Below, one piece after another: positions 27,851-32,395 of a DNA stretch of 32,395 nt. Location of the stretch: the NCBI GenBank assembly GCA_947074335.1, contig CAMTPG010000001.1:1-32395 (forward strand), given 5' to 3'. Each line of letters opens with the position of its first letter. Positions within the stretch are counted from its first letter, which is position 1. This DNA comes from an uncultured Parabacteroides sp. (lineage in GTDB: Bacteria; Bacteroidota; Bacteroidia; Bacteroidales; Tannerellaceae). A model generated the notes under the pieces. The model did not search any database. It saw only the letters and a program-made list of their open reading frames with translations, and was not told the origin of the DNA. The translations under genes and the position numbers were made by a program.

Positions 27851-29239
27851 ATGATTAAATTTTCCGAGAAGATAGGATACGGTTTCGGGGACATGGCATC
27901 GTCCATGTTCTGGAAACTGTTCGGAGCCTATCTGATGATATTCTATACCGATGTATTCGGTCTGCCTGCGGCAGCCGTAGGTACCATGTTTCTGGTTACC
28001 CGCATCTGGGATTCTCTTTTCGATCCGATTGTCGGGGTTGTAGCAGACAGAACAAATACACGTTGGGGTAAATTCCGTCCCTATATTCTTTGGCTTTGTG
28101 TTCCGTTTGGAGCAATCGGGATCATGACTTTTTTCACTCCTTCATTCGGTACAACGGGTAATTTGATCTATGCTTATATTACCTATTCGCTGATGATGAT
28201 GATTTATTCGGCTATTAATGTGCCGTATGCTTCCTTACTGGGTGTAATCAGTCCGCTGCCGGATGATCGAAATACATTATCAACCTATCGTATGGTATTT
28301 GCCTATATCGGCAGTTTTGTGGCATTGCTGCTTTTTATGCCCATGATTAATCTTTTCAGCGGAAATGATAAGGCTATGGAAGCACAACAGCATGGCTGGT
28401 TCTGTGCCGTGGGAGTCATTGCCATTATGTGTATCCTCTTGTTCTACGGATGTTTTGCCTTGACCCGCGAACGTGTTAAACCGCTGAAAGAACAGCAAAA
28501 TGCACTTAAAGATGATATTAAAGATCTGTTCCACAACGGTCCCTGGTGGATTTTATTGGGCGCCGGCATATCAGCATTGATTTTTAATTCGATACGTGAT
28601 GGGGCTACGGTTTATTATTTTAAATATTATATAGACGAAGATCAATTCAGGGATATCTCATTATTGGGAATTCCATTTGTATTAAGCGGCCTGTATCTGG
28701 CTGTAGGTCAGATTGCCAATATTATCGGTGTGATCCTTGCCGCTCCGCTAAGTAACAGCATCGGCAAAAAGAAAACGTATATGTCGGCCATGGTTGTAGC
28801 AACAGTATTAAGTATTATTTTTTATTGGTTCGACAAAACAAACTTAACTATTATATTTATATTTCAAGTGCTGATCAGCATATGTGCCGGCAGTATCTTC
28901 CCCCTTTTATGGTCTATGTATGCCGATTGTACGGATTATTCGGAGCTGAAAACCGGCAACCGGGCTACAGGATTAATATTTAGCTCATCCTCTATGAGTC
29001 AGAAATTCGGATGGGCTATCGGTACTGCCATAACAGGCTGGTTACTGGGTTACTTCGGATTCCAGGCCAATATGGTGCAAAGTACCGAAACGATTAACGG
29101 TATTAAAATGTTCTTGAGCTTTTTACCGGCAGTCGGTACCATTTTATCCGTAATCTTCATCAGCGCTTATCCGCTGACAGAAAAACGGATGAAAGAGATA
29201 ACTTTAGAATTGCAACACAAAAGAGATGAAAAACTATGA
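27851..29239 (+). CDS. GPH-family (MFS) sugar:cation symporter, probably mannobiose importer
   Basis: EKIGYGFGD, FYTDV, RIWD..FDP, DRT.TRWGKFRPY, NVPY motifs; about 12 TM helices; position between mgp and the epimerase. Confidence 0.93.
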   Translation: MIKFSEKIGYGFGDMASSMFWKLFGAYLMIFYTDVFGLPAAAVGTMFLVTRIWDSLFDPIVGVVADRTNTRWGKFRPYILWLCVPFGAIGIMTFFTPSFGTTGNLIYAYITYSLMMMIYSAINVPYASLLGVISPLPDDRNTLSTYRMVFAYIGSFVALLLFMPMINLFSGNDKAMEAQQHGWFCAVGVIAIMCILLFYGCFALTRERVKPLKEQQNALKDDIKDLFHNGPWWILLGAGISALIFNSIRDGATVYYFKYYIDEDQFRDISLLGIPFVLSGLYLAVGQIANIIGVILAAPLSNSIGKKKTYMSAMVVATVLSIIFYWFDKTNLTIIFIFQVLISICAGSIFPLLWSMYADCTDYSELKTGNRATGLIFSSSSMSQKFGWAIGTAITGWLLGYFGFQANMVQSTETINGIKMFLSFLPAVGTILSVIFISAYPLTEKRMKEITLELQHKRDEKL

Positions 29240-30426
29240 ACGACATTTTAAAACTCAAAGATGAAGTCCGGCTGGAACTCGAAAATAATATCCTGAGTTT
29301 CTGGATCGAAAAAATGACGGACATTGAACATGGTGGTTTTTACGGCCGGATCGACGGCGATGACCAGCTGCATGAACAGGCACCCAAAGGTGCCATTCTG
29401 CATGCCCGCATCTTATGGACATTCTCGGCAGCATTTCGCTTACTGAAAAAGCCGGCTTACCTGAAGACTGCAAAACGTGCAAAAGAATATCTGATCGAAA
29501 AATTCTATGATCAGGAAAACGGTGGTATCTATTGGGAAGTGGATTATCTGGGTAATCCTACACAAACGAAAAAACAGATCTACGCGCTCGGATTCGCCAT
29601 TTACGGATTAAGCGAGTACCATCGGGCTACTGGAGATCAGGAAGCACTGGATTATGCCGTTAAATTATTTGAAACGATCGAAGAACACAGCTTCGATCTG
29701 GAGTTTAACGGATATATGGAGGCCTTCACCCGAAATTGGGAACTCATCGAAGATATGCGACTGAGCGATAAAGACGAAAACGAAAAGAAAACCATGAATA
29801 CGCATTTGCATATTCTGGAACCCTATACAAATCTGTACCGGGTATGGAAAGATGACCGGTTAAAGAAAAAGCTGGAAAATCTGATCGAATTATTTATCGG
29901 TCCGATTCTGGATAAGAACACCGGACATCTGCTTTTATTCTTCGACGAACACTGGAATGCCAAATCAACAGCATTCTCGTTTGGTCATGATATTGAAGCC
30001 TCCTGGCTGATTCATGAAGCAGCACTGGTGTTGGGCGATGAAGCATTACTGGCTCGTGTCAATAAACAGATTTATCGGATTGCCGATGCCGCAAGCGAAG
30101 GATTAATGGAAAACGGCGGATTGATTTATGAATATTTCCCCGAAACAAGAGAGACAGATGCCGAATTCCACTGGTGGGTGCAGGCCGAAAATGTAGTAGG
30201 CAATGTAAACTTATACCAGCATTTTAATGACCAGGTGGCTCTTGAGAGAGCCGTGAAAGGCTGGGAATTTATCAAGCAGCATTTGATTGATCATCGCCAT
30301 GGCGAATGGTTCTGGGGCAGTTATCTGGATCATACAACTAACCGGCAGGATGATAAAGCCGGCTTCTGGAAATGTCCTTATCACAATGGCCGTATGTGCA
30401 TGGAAATTATAGAACGTTATTCCTGA
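29236..30426 (+). CDS. Cellobiose/mannobiose 2-epimerase (AGE family)
   Basis: ARILWTFS, KTMNTHLHILE, SFGHDIE.SWL, WWVQAE, WKCPYHNGR motifs; ATGA overlap with the symporter. Confidence 0.95.
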   Translation: MNDILKLKDEVRLELENNILSFWIEKMTDIEHGGFYGRIDGDDQLHEQAPKGAILHARILWTFSAAFRLLKKPAYLKTAKRAKEYLIEKFYDQENGGIYWEVDYLGNPTQTKKQIYALGFAIYGLSEYHRATGDQEALDYAVKLFETIEEHSFDLEFNGYMEAFTRNWELIEDMRLSDKDENEKKTMNTHLHILEPYTNLYRVWKDDRLKKKLENLIELFIGPILDKNTGHLLLFFDEHWNAKSTAFSFGHDIEASWLIHEAALVLGDEALLARVNKQIYRIADAASEGLMENGGLIYEYFPETRETDAEFHWWVQAENVVGNVNLYQHFNDQVALERAVKGWEFIKQHLIDHRHGEWFWGSYLDHTTNRQDDKAGFWKCPYHNGRMCMEIIERYS

Positions 30427-30441
30427 TTTCTATAGATTAAA

Positions 30442-31881
30442 ATGAAAAAGTTATTTACATATTCGTTTATTATAGGTTTGTGTGTATTGAGGGCATTGCC
30501 CTCAATCGCACAGTTAAAATTACCGCCTCTGATGAGTGACGGCATGGTGCTGCAACAAAATTCGGATGTACGGATTTGGGGAGAAGGTATGCCTGACAGT
30601 GAGGTTACTTTAACAACAAGCTGGACAAAGGATGTTTATTCAGCGAGAGTAAACCCCGAAGGAGACTGGGAAATCCGGATTTCTACACCGGATGCCGGTT
30701 TTGAACCGCAACAAATAAGTATCGTAAATCTCAACGATCAGCAAATTATAGAAAACATATTAATCGGTGAAGTGTGGTTTTGTTCGGGTCAATCCAATAT
30801 GGAAATGCCTTTAAGAGGATTTCATAACTGCCCGATCGAAGGAGCCAACCGGACAATTGCCACATCAGGACAATATGCCGAGCGGCTTCGCTATGCTACA
30901 ATTGGCAAAGCTGCTCCTTTGACGCCTGCTAAAACAACGACAGGTGGCGAATGGAAAACAAGCAATCCGATGCATGCAGCCGAGTTTGGCGCAACAGCTT
31001 ACCATTTCGGTACTTTATTAAGCGATGTATTAAATGTACCCGTGGGAATTATCAATTGCAGCTGGGGCGGATCGAGAGTAGAAGGCTGGTTACCCAAAGA
31101 AACTGTGGATTTATTTGATGATATAGATTATTCAATGATCGTTAATGACGATTTAGCCAACCCTTGGCTAAAACCAATGATTATGTATAATGGATTGTTT
31201 AAGCCCGCCAGCAGATATACCGTAAAAGGTATACTCTGGTATCAGGGCGAATCGAATGTAGGCAAACCTGATTATGCAGAACGGCTGGCCATGATGGCAG
31301 CACAATGGCGATCTGATTTCGAAGATGATGATTTGCCTTTTTATCAGGTCGAAATAGCACCTTATGCATATAGTAACAACAGAAATGAAACAGACGGTGC
31401 TTTGCTGCGTGAACAACAATATAAAGCTTCACAGATCATTCCCAACAGCGGAATAATCTCAACGAATGATTTGGTTGAGCCGTATGAGGTAAATCAAATT
31501 CATCCGAAAGATAAGAAAAATGTGGGTGAGCGTTTAGCGTATCTCGTATTGAATGATACTTATGATTATTCCACAATAGCCTGTAAAGGCCCGGAATTTG
31601 ATTCAATGGAGAGTCGCGACGATCAGCTTATTCTTCATTTCAAAAATGCAACAAACGGTTATAACCGTTTTGATGGCATAACCGGGTTTGAAATAGCCGG
31701 TGAGGATCTGATTTTTAAACCGGCTGATGCAAGAATAGACGGACAAGCCATGACAGTCATTGTCAGTTCACCTGAAGTTACGGCTCCGAAGGCTGCCCGG
31801 TATTGTTTCAGAAATTTTCAAATTGGCAATTTAACAAATATAGAGGGATTACCCGTAATCCCGTTTCGCACAGACAACTAA
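30442..31881 (+). CDS. SASA/sialate O-acetylesterase-family SGNH esterase, probably a mannan deacetylase
   Basis: MVLQQ, GEVWFCSGQSNM, WGGS.VE.W, WYQGESN, IHP.DK, PFRTD motifs; signal peptide. Confidence 0.88.
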   Translation: MKKLFTYSFIIGLCVLRALPSIAQLKLPPLMSDGMVLQQNSDVRIWGEGMPDSEVTLTTSWTKDVYSARVNPEGDWEIRISTPDAGFEPQQISIVNLNDQQIIENILIGEVWFCSGQSNMEMPLRGFHNCPIEGANRTIATSGQYAERLRYATIGKAAPLTPAKTTTGGEWKTSNPMHAAEFGATAYHFGTLLSDVLNVPVGIINCSWGGSRVEGWLPKETVDLFDDIDYSMIVNDDLANPWLKPMIMYNGLFKPASRYTVKGILWYQGESNVGKPDYAERLAMMAAQWRSDFEDDDLPFYQVEIAPYAYSNNRNETDGALLREQQYKASQIIPNSGIISTNDLVEPYEVNQIHPKDKKNVGERLAYLVLNDTYDYSTIACKGPEFDSMESRDDQLILHFKNATNGYNRFDGITGFEIAGEDLIFKPADARIDGQAMTVIVSSPEVTAPKAARYCFRNFQIGNLTNIEGLPVIPFRTDN

Positions 31882-32005
31882 CTCTTTAACTTTAATTGTT
31901 TGGTATTTTTAAGAGACTAACCCGCATTATAATAGGTATTTATATAAGGAAAGTTATAAGGTTTTTTAGGTTTTCAATGAAGAGAGATACATTTTATTGT
32001 ATCGG

Positions 32006-32038
32006 GAGGCTGCTTAAATCTTTAAGCAGCCTCTTTTT
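32006..32038 (+). terminator. Intrinsic terminator at the end of the PUL
   Basis: gaggctgcttaaa-tc-tttaagcagcctc followed by ttttt. Confidence 0.88.
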
Positions 32039-32286
32039 ATGTTTCTCATAAAAATATAAAATGTTATATTAGGGGTATATTATGAACTGATAAATTGAAT
32101 CCCGAAAACGATCTATGTATTAAAACTGAGCTTACAGTGTTACCGGTAATTTTTAAGCGGTTTTTTGGCACGATAACTGGAATTAATCGGGTAAAAAAAG
32201 AGATATCACTTATAATGAAACAGATCTGTACAAATAAACTTTATAATTTGTATCTTTGAATCTATTAACAGCTAATTATTCTCATT

Positions 32287-32395
32287 ATGAAATTTTTAGG
32301 CAACATTATCTGGTTAATTTTCGGAGGTTTGCTTATTGCCGTCGAATATTTTATTGCAAGTATTGTATTGATGATCACGATCATCGGAATTCCTT
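32287..32395 (+). CDS. yccF: YccF-domain inner membrane protein, 3' truncated
   Basis: Manual translation MKFLGNIIWLIFGGLLIAVEYFIASIVLMITIIGIP matches the N.IW..FGG...TIIGIP pattern; -7 TATCTTTG at 32251-32258. Confidence 0.85.
   Translation, partial: MKFLGNIIWLIFGGLLIAVEYFIASIVLMITIIGIP

Overview
Bacteroidales chromosomal window, judged from SusC/SusD genes, TAnnTTTG promoters and AT-rich translation-initiation regions. Positions 1-8.6 kb are housekeeping and envelope genes: partial tRNA-Val(TAC), tRNA-Arg(CCG), ung, an LptD-like barrel, an HD hydrolase, namZ, two META lipoproteins and an M23 peptidase. Positions 8.8-31.9 kb are a beta-mannan/galactomannan polysaccharide utilisation locus (PUL): AraC regulator, susC, susD, a putative surface glycan-binding lipoprotein, GH36 alpha-galactosidase, GH26 mannanase, GH130 mannosyl-glucose phosphorylase, GPH symporter, cellobiose/mannobiose 2-epimerase and a SASA-type O-acetylesterase. 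A yccF start lies at the right edge. The most unusual element is a tightly packed five-gene cassette inside the PUL (18581-25427). It is a stand-alone DUF4369-like lipoprotein followed by two tandem copies of a pair: a polytopic membrane + TPR-like protein (DUF6057-like) and a beta-propeller lipoprotein with a conserved CxxCH motif. The known mannan pathway does not explain it. A shared, identically positioned operator-like motif precedes susC and GH26, and a perfect 14-bp inverted repeat surrounds the GH26 promoter. All family calls are from motif recognition by eye, not database searches.
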